NCBI GenBank assembly: GCA_964562625.1
Contig: CAZLUE010000001.1
Span: 1-34,756 of the forward strand
Length of the DNA: 34,756 nt
Source: an uncultured Dehalococcoidales bacterium
GTDB taxonomy: Bacteria > Chloroflexota > Dehalococcoidia > Dehalococcoidales > Fen-1064
Direction: 5' to 3'
Shown here piece by piece: positions 8,174-15,862 of this stretch (the first letter of the stretch is position 1; each line of letters opens with the position of its first letter). The notes under the pieces were generated by a model that saw only the letters and a list, made by a program, of their open reading frames with translations, did not search any database and was not told the DNA's origin. The position numbers and the translations under genes were made by a program.

Positions 8174-9532
8174 CTAGACCGTACGGCTGAGCGGCGTCAC
8201 CTGCTCAATAGCGCCGGCGACAACGAAAAGCGAACCGGTGACACAGACCAGGTCATCTTCCGCGGCCTCGCCAAGAGCCACAGGCAATGCCTCAGAGATA
8301 TCACCGGTCTCCCTTGCCACGATGCCGTGCCGGGAGAATTCAGCGACGATCGGGCCTGTGGCCATGGCCCGGGGGTGGATCGAGCGGGTAACGGTGAAGT
8401 CATCGAAATGCGGCACCAGTTCGGCGACGACGGCCGGCAGGTTCTTGTCCGACGAGAGCCCGATGATAAGAGCCGCCCGCCGGTAGTCGAAGTACTCCGC
8501 CAAAGACAAGCACAGCTTACGCACCGAGTCGGCATTGTGGGCGCCGTCGACGACCAGCAGCGGCCGGCGATTGAGCACTTGGAGGCGACCCTCCCAGTGC
8601 ACCGAAGCCAGACCGGCCTTGATGCTCTTGGTGGTTATCGCCGGGTGGGCGACGGCAAGCACTTCAAGAGCAGCGGCGGCGGCAGCGGCGTTATCGAGTT
8701 GGTAACGACCGAGTAACGGAATCGAGAGGTCGTAGTCCGCGCGGCGACCCCTGACGCGGAACGTCTGGCGGGCGGCGTCGTGGGCAAGATCATGCCAGGA
8801 GACGTCGGCGGCGGGGTCGTCGCCGCTGCCGACACGAATAAGTTCCGACCCCTGGCGACGGCAGACTACTTCAATAACGCCGGCAACCTCAAGAGTCTGC
8901 GGGGAAACGACCACCGGACAGCCCGGTTTCACTATGCCGGCCTTTTCAGTGGCGATCTCGGTGAGGGTGTCACCGAGAACTTCAGTGTGCTCCAGACTGA
9001 TCGAGGTGATGACGGCGACTTCGGGACGAACGACGTTGGTCGCATCCAGAGTGCCGCCGAGGCCGACCTCAATGACCTGAAAGTCGACGGCGCGACGAGC
9101 GAAGTGACAAAAACCGAGAGCCGTCATTATCTCGAAAGCGGTCAGCCTGCCATACTTCGCCTCACGATTGACGGCCTCGATCTCAGGGCGGAGTCGGTCA
9201 ACGAGGACGACCAGTTCGTCATCGGGTACGGGGTGGCCGTCTATTCGCATTCGCTCGTTGAAGACGTGGAGGTGCGGCGAAATAAAGAGCCCGGTACGGC
9301 AACCGGAGGCGGTCAGCGCCGAGGCGACCATGGCAGCGACACTGCCCTTACCTTTACTGCCCGCGACATGGACGGTGGCGGTGGCAAGATGAGGGTCGCC
9401 AATGCGACCGAGCAGTTCGTCCATCCGTCTCAGGTCGTAAGAGACGCGACTGCGGGGACCGGGTTGCCTCTCGTGGTCGATGAAACTGTAGATGAAGTCC
9501 AGCGCCTGTTGATAGCCGTCCGTCAGAGCCAC
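8174..9532 (-). CDS. folC: bifunctional folylpolyglutamate synthase / dihydrofolate synthase
   Basis: 452 aa, Mur-ligase fold with P-loop HVAGSKGKGS, and FolC-type N-terminus (YQQALDFIYSF...RMDELLGRIGDP). GTG start. Confidence 0.9.
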   Translation of the reverse strand: MALTDGYQQALDFIYSFIDHERQPGPRSRVSYDLRRMDELLGRIGDPHLATATVHVAGSKGKGSVAAMVASALTASGCRTGLFISPHLHVFNERMRIDGHPVPDDELVVLVDRLRPEIEAVNREAKYGRLTAFEIMTALGFCHFARRAVDFQVIEVGLGGTLDATNVVRPEVAVITSISLEHTEVLGDTLTEIATEKAGIVKPGCPVVVSPQTLEVAGVIEVVCRRQGSELIRVGSGDDPAADVSWHDLAHDAARQTFRVRGRRADYDLSIPLLGRYQLDNAAAAAAALEVLAVAHPAITTKSIKAGLASVHWEGRLQVLNRRPLLVVDGAHNADSVRKLCLSLAEYFDYRRAALIIGLSSDKNLPAVVAELVPHFDDFTVTRSIHPRAMATGPIVAEFSRHGIVARETGDISEALPVALGEAAEDDLVCVTGSLFVVAGAIEQVTPLSRTV

Positions 9533-9876
9533 CTCGACAAAGAAAGGGAACCGGCCGCCGCGCTCGACACCGTCCCCCGCTGATCACGACCAACTAACTG
9601 AGAGCGATTATAGCATTTCCGCAGCAGGCGTAACAACTTACCAAGAGGAGGCGACAACCCACCACCTTCGACCGGTAGCGGATCAATCTGAGAAGTCTTG
9701 AGACAAATAGCAAAGTGGTTTCCAAGTCCTCATCAGAGCATGGCACTCTGATCGTTAGCACAAGAGTATACGGAGATCAGTACACACACCCACTCCCACC
9801 CAAGCTCGATTCCATTTCGTGACAAGCCAAGCTTACCGCCCGACAGGCAACAACCTGCCGCCCGGGACCGCAGCGT

Positions 9877-9906
9877 TTGATGTCGCCACGCCTGCTATGC
9901 TATTCT
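9877..9906 (+). promoter_or_regulatory. candidate sigma-70 promoter for the small ORF-argC unit
   Basis: TTGATG (9877-9882), 18-nt spacer, TATTCT (9901-9906). It lies about 50 nt upstream of the ATG at 9957. Identified by sequence pattern only. Confidence 0.25.
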
Positions 9907-9956
9907 GAACCCGAAGGTCAAGGCCAGCCCACCAGCGTTGGCATGAAACCTGGGAA

Positions 9957-10124
9957 ATGAGAACGCATGGTGTCCATCTCGACAAGGAGCACTGCAAGGA
10001 CTGCCGCTTCTGCCTCGAGTTCGGCCCGCAACACATTCTATACGAGACGAAAGAAGTCAACAGTAAGGGCTGCAACATGGTACAGATGACCTGCGACGGC
10101 GTCTGCAACGCCTGCGAGAAATGA
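9957..10124 (+). CDS. 55-aa Cys-rich ferredoxin-like protein (below the track cutoff)
   Basis: My translation is MRTHGVHLDKEHCKDCRFCLEFGPQHILYETKEVNSKGCNMVQMTCDGVCNACEK. It has a CxxCxxC motif followed by xxxGP where ferredoxins have CP, then ..N.KG.., as in PorD/KorD-type 4Fe-4S subunits. Its TGA (10122-10124) overlaps the argC ATG (10121) as ATGA. Confidence 0.4.
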   Translation: MRTHGVHLDKEHCKDCRFCLEFGPQHILYETKEVNSKGCNMVQMTCDGVCNACEK

Positions 10125-11161
10125 GCCCAATGACACGGGTCGGCGTCTTCAACGTCACCGGCTACATCGGTGTCGAACTGGCGCGCCTGCTACACCAGCA
10201 CCCAGAGGTCGAGCTGGTCTCGGTGACCGGTCGCAGCGCCGCCGGACAGAAGCTGGGCGATGTTTTTCCGCACCTGGCAAAGATCGATCTGACGATCGAA
10301 GCCAAGCTGGGCGAAGTCGACGTCGCCTTCTCAGCGATGCCGCACAAGGAGGGCGCGGCAGTGATCGCGCCGCTGGTCGAGTCGGGTGTGCGCGTGATCG
10401 ACGTCAGCGCCGATTTCCGCCTCAAGGACATCGCCGAATACGAACGCCTCTACGGAGTCAGCCATCCAGCGCCGCAGTTGATCAAGCAGGCTGTCTACGG
10501 CCTGCCCGAGTTGCACCGCGGGGAGATTGCCGGCGCCCGGCTGGTGGCCGCCCCCGGCTGCTACCCGACGGGAGCGATTCTGGCACTGGCGCCCTTGTTC
10601 AAGGCGAGCGTGGTGGAACCAGAGATCATTATCGACGGTAAGTCCGGCCTTTCCGGAGCAGGGCGGACACTGACCATGGGAACTCACTTCGCCGAAGCCG
10701 TCGACGACGTCAGCGCCTACGGGCTGGAGGGACACCGCCATTTGCCGGAAATGACGCAGGAATTGGCCGGGCTGGGGCGGCTGACGCCTTTAGTGACGTT
10801 CGTGCCACACCTGGTACCGATGACCCGGGGGATACTGACAACCGGCTACGCGACGCCGACCTCGAGCGCGTTCAGCAGCGACGACAAAGGCGTGGCGGCG
10901 CTGCGTGAGCTGTACCACGAGTTCTACCGGGATCACCCATTCGTGACAATCACCGACTCCCCGCCGCACACCAAGCACACCTGGGGGAGTAATTACTGCC
11001 TGATCTATCCGACGATTGCTCCGGATACGAGTAAGGTGATCGTCGTCAGTTGCCTCGACAATTTGGTCAAGGGGGCCGCCGGGCAGGCGGTGCAGGCAAT
11101 GAACCTGATGCTCGGCCTTCCAGAAGTGACAGGGTTGCAGGCACCGGCGCTCTACCCCTAG
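10121..11161 (+). CDS. argC: N-acetyl-gamma-glutamyl-phosphate reductase
   Basis: 346 aa, with an N-terminal NAD-binding motif (VGVFNVTGYIGVEL) and the active-site APGCYPT. Confidence 0.92.
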   Translation: MSPMTRVGVFNVTGYIGVELARLLHQHPEVELVSVTGRSAAGQKLGDVFPHLAKIDLTIEAKLGEVDVAFSAMPHKEGAAVIAPLVESGVRVIDVSADFRLKDIAEYERLYGVSHPAPQLIKQAVYGLPELHRGEIAGARLVAAPGCYPTGAILALAPLFKASVVEPEIIIDGKSGLSGAGRTLTMGTHFAEAVDDVSAYGLEGHRHLPEMTQELAGLGRLTPLVTFVPHLVPMTRGILTTGYATPTSSAFSSDDKGVAALRELYHEFYRDHPFVTITDSPPHTKHTWGSNYCLIYPTIAPDTSKVIVVSCLDNLVKGAAGQAVQAMNLMLGLPEVTGLQAPALYP

Positions 11162-11205
11162 CAGGTTGACTTGAGCCGTTGCGCCTTGTCTGCTAGGATT
11201 TGGGT

Positions 11206-11571
11206 ATGAGACTAATAGACAAGACCGCGGCGACGGTCGACTACGTTCACTTACCGCTCAATGAGGATGTGATCGCTTTCGCCGGCTACTACACGCCCGA
11301 GAGCGAGGTACGACGACCATTTCGGGGCCGCAAGGTCCTCTACGTGACGGGACACGTCGTCGTCGAGGCGACGTGCGCCGGCGGCAACTGCGCCAGCACC
11401 AACTACTGGTACGCAATCGTTGCCGGCTATGTCGTCGACTGGCAGTACCGAGAGAACGAGGCCAGACGACCGGTGACGCTCACCGAACCAATCTCCGACC
11501 GGGAGACGCGTCGGGAAATCGAGGCAATCATCCTCGACAACGAGGCCGTCACTATGGTCGATTTCCGCTAG
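11206..11571 (+). CDS. hypothetical 121-aa protein
   Basis: ATG at 11206 preceded by AGGAT; the track's TTG at 11200 is less likely. Coding-like codon usage. The sequence contains CAGGNC. I do not recognise a family. Confidence 0.6.
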   Translation: MRLIDKTAATVDYVHLPLNEDVIAFAGYYTPESEVRRPFRGRKVLYVTGHVVVEATCAGGNCASTNYWYAIVAGYVVDWQYRENEARRPVTLTEPISDRETRREIEAIILDNEAVTMVDFR

Positions 11572-11618
11572 CCTGAATTGTCGACCGCCAGCGCCTCTGA
11601 TATGCTTAGCGGAATATC

Positions 11619-12283
11619 ATGGAGGACCGCCCGCCGAAAAGCAGTCACCACAGTCACGCCCGATTCGGGCGGCTCGACCACATCTGGCTAACCGTCTTCG
11701 GGCTAGGGCTAAGCGGCCTCTGGGCAAGTCTGACAACCATCGTTCTGCCGGTGCGGCTGCTCGATTTCGTTCCGGAGCCACAGAAGAACAGCTACCTGGG
11801 ATACCTGATCTTCGCCGGGCTGCTGCTGGCGATGGTGGTACAACCGGTGGTCGGCGCCGCGAGCGACCGCGCCGGCTTCCGCTGGGGCAAGCGGCGACCC
11901 TACATCCTAGTGGGGATGGTCGCCGTGCTGGTGCTGCTGCCCAGCATCGGACTGTTCGGCAGTTATGCCGCTGTCTTCGCGGGCTACTACCTGCTACAGG
12001 TCGCGGGCAACACTACCCAAGGCCCTTACCAGGGACTCCTGCCCGATTTAGCACCATCCGGCCGGCAGGGCCGCGTCTCCGGAGTGAAGAGCCTCATGGA
12101 GCTGGTCGGGGACGTCGGGCTAGCGCGTCTCGCCGCCTATTTCATGGATCGCTACGCGCCGGGAGATATGGAGTAGAACAGAACCTCGGCTACTCGGTGA
12201 TGCTCGGAATCTGCCTGCTCTGTTTTCTCGCCGGGGCGGTGATCGTCGCCCGGTTACAGGTGCCTCGCCCCGGCGACAGCTAG
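11619..12283 (+). pseudogene. MFS transporter, truncated (N-terminal 185 codons plus an out-of-frame C-terminal remnant)
   Basis: The ORF at 11619-12176 has about 5 TM spans and the MFS loop motif SDRAGFRWGKRRP, but stops at 185 aa. A different frame (12182-12283) reads NLGYSVMLGICLLCFLAGAVIVARLQVP, a typical last TM helix with no start codon. This implies an internal deletion of roughly half the gene. Confidence 0.5.
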
Positions 12284-12966
12284 CCGCGACGCCAGATCCA
12301 GCGTTCGACGAAGAGCGCCAGCACCAGCACTACCATCACCGCCAAAGCAGCGCCGCCGAAAGTCCAGATAGCCCGAGGGTCGAAAGCGCCCTTGCCCACC
12401 TGATCCCAGCCCCAGCTGCCAACGAAAGCAAGCCCGGAGTAGAATATCGCCTTACCAAGCCAACAGACGAGGAGGAACTTCCAGATAGGGAAGCGGAGCA
12501 CGCCGGCAGCGATGCCAACAACGTCCAGAGGGAGCGGCGTGACGGTGAACAAGAACACGACCCAGATACCCCACCTCCGCACCCAGCCAACGGCACTGAG
12601 ATAGGTCCGGTTATTGCGCAGGATACGACGGCCGGAAAAGCCGACAGCGTAGCCGGTCAGCTCGCCGATGGCACCACCGGCGCCGGCGGTGATACCGATC
12701 AGCCACGGATTAAAAGTCGCCCCGAGGGCGAAGAGGACGAGAATGCCGGGCACCGGCAGGATGACGGTACCGTTGGCGACGAGGCTAACGAGAAAGGCTC
12801 CCAGGTAGCCGGCGTTACCCAGTTCGGAGACGTTGTCGCGGTAAACGAAGAGGACGACGGTAACGGCAATCGCCAAGGCGAACGCCAACACCGGAAGGAG
12901 CAGTCTCCTGACCCAGCCTCCGTTTTCGGCAGCCTCCGGAGCGTCGTCGCGGTTTGCTTCAGCCAT
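12280..12966 (-). CDS. DedA/VTT-domain (YqaA-like) membrane protein
   Basis: It carries the VTT-type core (GAFLVSLVANGTVILPVPG...GELTGYAVGF...TPLPLDVVGIAAG). The start is ambiguous. I prefer Met12 (12966) because a TGCTACAAT extended -10 element (12988-12996, minus strand) lies between it and the ATG at 12999. Confidence 0.8.
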   Translation of the reverse strand: MAEANRDDAPEAAENGGWVRRLLLPVLAFALAIAVTVVLFVYRDNVSELGNAGYLGAFLVSLVANGTVILPVPGILVLFALGATFNPWLIGITAGAGGAIGELTGYAVGFSGRRILRNNRTYLSAVGWVRRWGIWVVFLFTVTPLPLDVVGIAAGVLRFPIWKFLLVCWLGKAIFYSGLAFVGSWGWDQVGKGAFDPRAIWTFGGAALAVMVVLVLALFVERWIWRRG

Positions 12967-13092
12967 AGCGGGTAATCGAGTAGCCGTATTGTAGCACATC
13001 GAGGGCGCGGCTCAGAGCGGTCGCGCTGCTGAGCCGCGTGACCGCTGCGGGAGGTTTGTCTCGCGACGGTCGGTTTGCTATGATGGTTAGTA

Positions 13093-13168
13093 GCCCCCAT
13101 CGTCTAGAGGCCTAGGACGGCAGCCTTTCAAGCTGTTAACACGGGTTCGAACCCCGTTGGGGGTACCA
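13093..13168 (+). tRNA. tRNA-Glu (anticodon UUC), CCA encoded
   Basis: I folded the cloverleaf by hand. Acceptor is GCCCCCA/TGGGGGT, the D arm is GTCTAGAGGCCTAGGAC, the anticodon stem is GCAGC/GCTGT with loop CTTTCAA, and the T arm is ACGGG-TTCGAAC-CCCGT. It is close to the E. coli tRNA-Glu layout. Confidence 0.9.
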
Positions 13169-13171
13169 TCT

Positions 13172-13336
13172 GAGAATATCGTGGTGTTGTGTCCCAACTG
13201 CCACAAAAGGTACCATCTAGGCAATACCAGTAGGCTCCAGCACGATCATGATCACGTGGTGTTGAGTTTGGACGGCTTCACCTATAATATCCCACTTTCG
13301 TCCAAGACAGGAAGGTGGCACAGGCCAGTCCTGTGA
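13172..13336 (+). pseudogene. C-terminal remnant of an HNH-type nuclease
   Basis: It reads ENIVVLCPNCHKRYHLG..., the distal N...LCxxCHxxxH part of an HNH motif. It begins directly at the tRNA 3' end with no upstream coding partner or start. The region is lower in GC than its surroundings. Confidence 0.45.
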
Positions 13337-13357
13337 ATTGAGGGAGGTTACCGCCAC

Positions 13358-13903
13358 TTAGCCCCACCGTCGGCGCTGGTAGTCGATTAGCCCACGTTCA
13401 GAACTGAGCGCAAACACCATGCCCGAGATCAGGCTGATTCTCTCTGTGGGAACGAGTCTCCTGAAACGGTTTCGTGTCGGCATCGCCTTGCTCGCGAAGA
13501 GCTTGATGAGAAGAGCGGCGAGGGATCTGAAGGGTTCCGGTTCACTGCCGTAGACCACGAACTCGGGGACAACGGCCTCCTCGGAAACGAGAACGCCGAG
13601 TATGGCCGACCGGTTCTCCGGGATTCTAGTCCTGAGATCTGCCAGTTCCCTTCGGGCGGCACGGTAGTCGGGGCTCTGCAGGAACGCGAACACAGAGCTG
13701 TATGCGGCGATGAAGGCCGCTTTGTCACTTTCCAACTCGTGCAGCCGCCGCGTACGAGAATTTGTCCGGTCTATCGCCGACCTTCGGAGTTGTCCGATTT
13801 CGGCGCGTACACGACTCAGCGGTTGCACTGAGTTCAACCGCTTGATCAGATTCTTCTTCGGCTCTCCGTCGAGAAGGAATCCCCTTAGGGTACCACCTAT
13901 CAA
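13358..13903 (-). CDS. hypothetical protein, possibly 5'-truncated
   Basis: 181-codon ORF whose only start is a TTG with no Shine-Dalgarno; the first internal ATG is far downstream. It is Arg-rich and helical and contains one Rx4H string (RTRRLH), which is weak given the Arg content. Its first codons overlap the tRNA-end-like repeat at 13888-13898. Confidence 0.4.
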   Translation of the reverse strand: MIGGTLRGFLLDGEPKKNLIKRLNSVQPLSRVRAEIGQLRRSAIDRTNSRTRRLHELESDKAAFIAAYSSVFAFLQSPDYRAARRELADLRTRIPENRSAILGVLVSEEAVVPEFVVYGSEPEPFRSLAALLIKLFASKAMPTRNRFRRLVPTERISLISGMVFALSSERGLIDYQRRRWG

Positions 13904-14174
13904 CGATGACAGTGGCCCCGACGCTAGACCGCGGCAGCTACCACGTCAGCTTTTCCTCCTCCGTACCTGAACGCCGCGGGCGGACACGGGTGCCGGCCTT
14001 GGGCCTCTCTGAGCACCTGCCACGGCATCGCCACCGGCCACGGCGAGCTGATACACGCTTAGAACAGCGAGATGGGCGAGGCCAGTTTCATCGTGGACCT
14101 GCCTCGGGTTGAAGAGCGGCGGCGCGGGCGCAGGCTTCGCCTTCGCCTGCGTAGACTTTACCTGCGGGCGGCTA

Positions 14175-14327
14175 TTAGCGCAGATTGCGCCCGGGCGGAT
14201 CGAGTTCCTCGTCGAGCCGCTGTTTCTCGGGGCATTCGCGCTCATGGTCGGGCAACCGGCTGATCGAGAAAAACCAGTGACAGGCGAGGCAGCATATCCG
14301 GCGTTCCTCTTCCGACGAGATCGTCAT
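14175..14327 (-). CDS. 50-aa Cys/His-rich small protein (below the track cutoff)
   Basis: My translation is MTISSEEERRICCLACHWFFSISRLPDHERECPEKQRLDEELDPPGRNLR. About 80% of third-codon positions are G/C by my count. Its ATG overlaps the HIT gene's TGA by 1 nt (TGATG). The CCxxCH...Hx3C spacing suggests a small zinc knuckle. Confidence 0.3.
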   Translation of the reverse strand: MTISSEEERRICCLACHWFFSISRLPDHERECPEKQRLDEELDPPGRNLR

Positions 14328-14800
14328 CAGAAGCTACCCGCGAGTTTCCGATAGGTATCTGCCAGCGCCTCGGGGATGACGCGGCTGTCCGCCAATGACG
14401 ACATGAAATTAACGTCCCCCTGCCAGCGCGGCACAACGTGGCTGTGGACGTGGTCGGCGATGCCGACGCCGGCGATCTTGCCGATGTTGGCGCCGACGTT
14501 GAAACCGGCGGGGTCAAAGGCCCGCCGGAGCACCCGGATACAACGGCCGATCGTATCGATGTGGTCGTGGAGCTCGTCAGGGATAAGCTCTTCGAAGCTG
14601 GCTACATGGCGGTAAGGGGTGACCAAGAGGTGCCCCGGATTGTAGGGGTAGGCATTAAGCATGACGAAGTTAGCCGCCGATCGGTGGAGAATCAGGTTGG
14701 CGGCGTCCTCGCTCTCACCAGGTTTACTGCACATGATGCAGCCATCCGGTTTGTCCTCCATGATGTAATCCATTCGCCACGGCGCCCAGATGTGCTCCAC
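14327..14800 (-). CDS. HIT (histidine triad) family nucleotide hydrolase/transferase
   Basis: 157 aa with histidine triad HVHSHVVPRW and an N-terminal CIMC, as in the Ap4A-phosphorylase-like HIT subgroup. Confidence 0.88.
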   Translation of the reverse strand: MEHIWAPWRMDYIMEDKPDGCIMCSKPGESEDAANLILHRSAANFVMLNAYPYNPGHLLVTPYRHVASFEELIPDELHDHIDTIGRCIRVLRRAFDPAGFNVGANIGKIAGVGIADHVHSHVVPRWQGDVNFMSSLADSRVIPEALADTYRKLAGSF

Positions 14801-14871
14801 GGGGTACTCCTTTCGACAATCAGCCCCAACATTGTACTCACCGCCCGACGCGGGGTCAATGCATTGTAATC

Positions 14872-15729
14872 GTGATTACCATCAGCTATAGTGAGACTAC
14901 CGTGGGTGACACAGACAGAGCAACCGACACGATTACCTTCCTCGGTACCGGCGGCGCCAGATTCATGATGATCAGCCAGATACTGGAGTCCGGCGGAATG
15001 TGGCTCAACCTGGGCGACACCGAGATACTGCTCGACCCCGGTCCGGGCTGCATCGTGCATGCCACTAAGCGCAAGCTCAAGGCCGAGAAGCTGAGCGCGA
15101 TCGTCGTGTCTCACCGACACCTCGACCACTCGGGCGATGTCAACGTCATGGTGGAGGCGATGACGCGCGGAGGTTTTGAAAAACACGGCCGGCTGTTCGC
15201 TCCAGCCGACGCGCTGGAAGGCGAGCCGATCATCTTCTCGTATCTCCGCCAACGTCTCGACGGCATCGGAATTCTCGAAACCGGCAAGTCCCACACGATC
15301 GGCGACGTCACGATGACGACGCCGGTTCGACACGTGCACCCGGTGGAGAACTACGGAATCGTCTTCCGGACGCCGCGACACTCGATTTCCTACATCAGTG
15401 ACACGAGCTACTTCGACGAACTGCCCGACAACTACCGCACCGACTTGATGATAATCAACATCGTATTCACCGAACCGCGCTTCCAGGAGGACTATACTGA
15501 CAGCCCGGTCGACCACCTCTCGATACCCGAGGTAGAGCGGCTGGTCAAGGATGCCAAGCCGAAGGCAGCCCTGCTGACGCACTTCGGCATGGGGATATGG
15601 CGAGTGAAGCCGTGGAGGGTGGCCAAGAGCCTCACAGAGAAAACCGGCGTCCGGGTAATAGCCGCCCGCGACGGCATGAAGTTCGATCTGGCGGAACTGG
15701 ACGAAGGTTCCGGCCAGGCACGGGGCTGA
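14872..15729 (+). CDS. MBL-fold metallo-hydrolase
   Basis: It has ITFLGTGGA and the HxHxDH motif (SHRHLDHSGD). GTG start, uncertain by several codons. The 361-aa antisense ORF 14692-15777 is judged spurious. Confidence 0.85.
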   Translation: MITISYSETTVGDTDRATDTITFLGTGGARFMMISQILESGGMWLNLGDTEILLDPGPGCIVHATKRKLKAEKLSAIVVSHRHLDHSGDVNVMVEAMTRGGFEKHGRLFAPADALEGEPIIFSYLRQRLDGIGILETGKSHTIGDVTMTTPVRHVHPVENYGIVFRTPRHSISYISDTSYFDELPDNYRTDLMIINIVFTEPRFQEDYTDSPVDHLSIPEVERLVKDAKPKAALLTHFGMGIWRVKPWRVAKSLTEKTGVRVIAARDGMKFDLAELDEGSGQARG

Positions 15730-15862
15730 CCAGCACACCGCCCGCGTTCCATCCGACGGAGTTCCCGACGACACCATTCCGACAAGCGAAGCGTCGATGC
15801 CGCTGGCCTAAAATCGAGCCTTGGTTTATCATCAGAAAGGAACGTGCGGGAGAGGATCCAAA

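Noticed and set aside
9833-10108. 91-aa minus-strand ORF in the folC-argC spacer.
   Set aside because: It overlaps, in antisense, the ferredoxin-like ORF whose stop overlaps the argC start. It has no RBS or recognisable motifs.
13946-14245. 99-aa minus-strand ORF between the tRNA-Glu islet and the HIT gene.
   Set aside because: It is Ala/Pro/Arg-rich with no motifs. Its start overlaps the better-supported 50-aa ORF in another frame. It cannot be excluded as a remnant, but there is not enough evidence to call it.
14692-15777. 361-aa minus-strand ORF, the longest of many long antisense ORFs. Others include 4990-5748 (+), 6408-7304 (+), 8072-8716 (+), 8780-9583 (+), 21433-22170 (+), 22986-23534 (+), 25134-25781 (+), 26327-26953 (-) and 32773-33522 (-).
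   Set aside because: Each lies antisense to a gene with clear family motifs. The translations are Arg/Pro/Gly-rich low-complexity sequence, typical of shadow ORFs in high-GC DNA. None has a recognisable domain or RBS.
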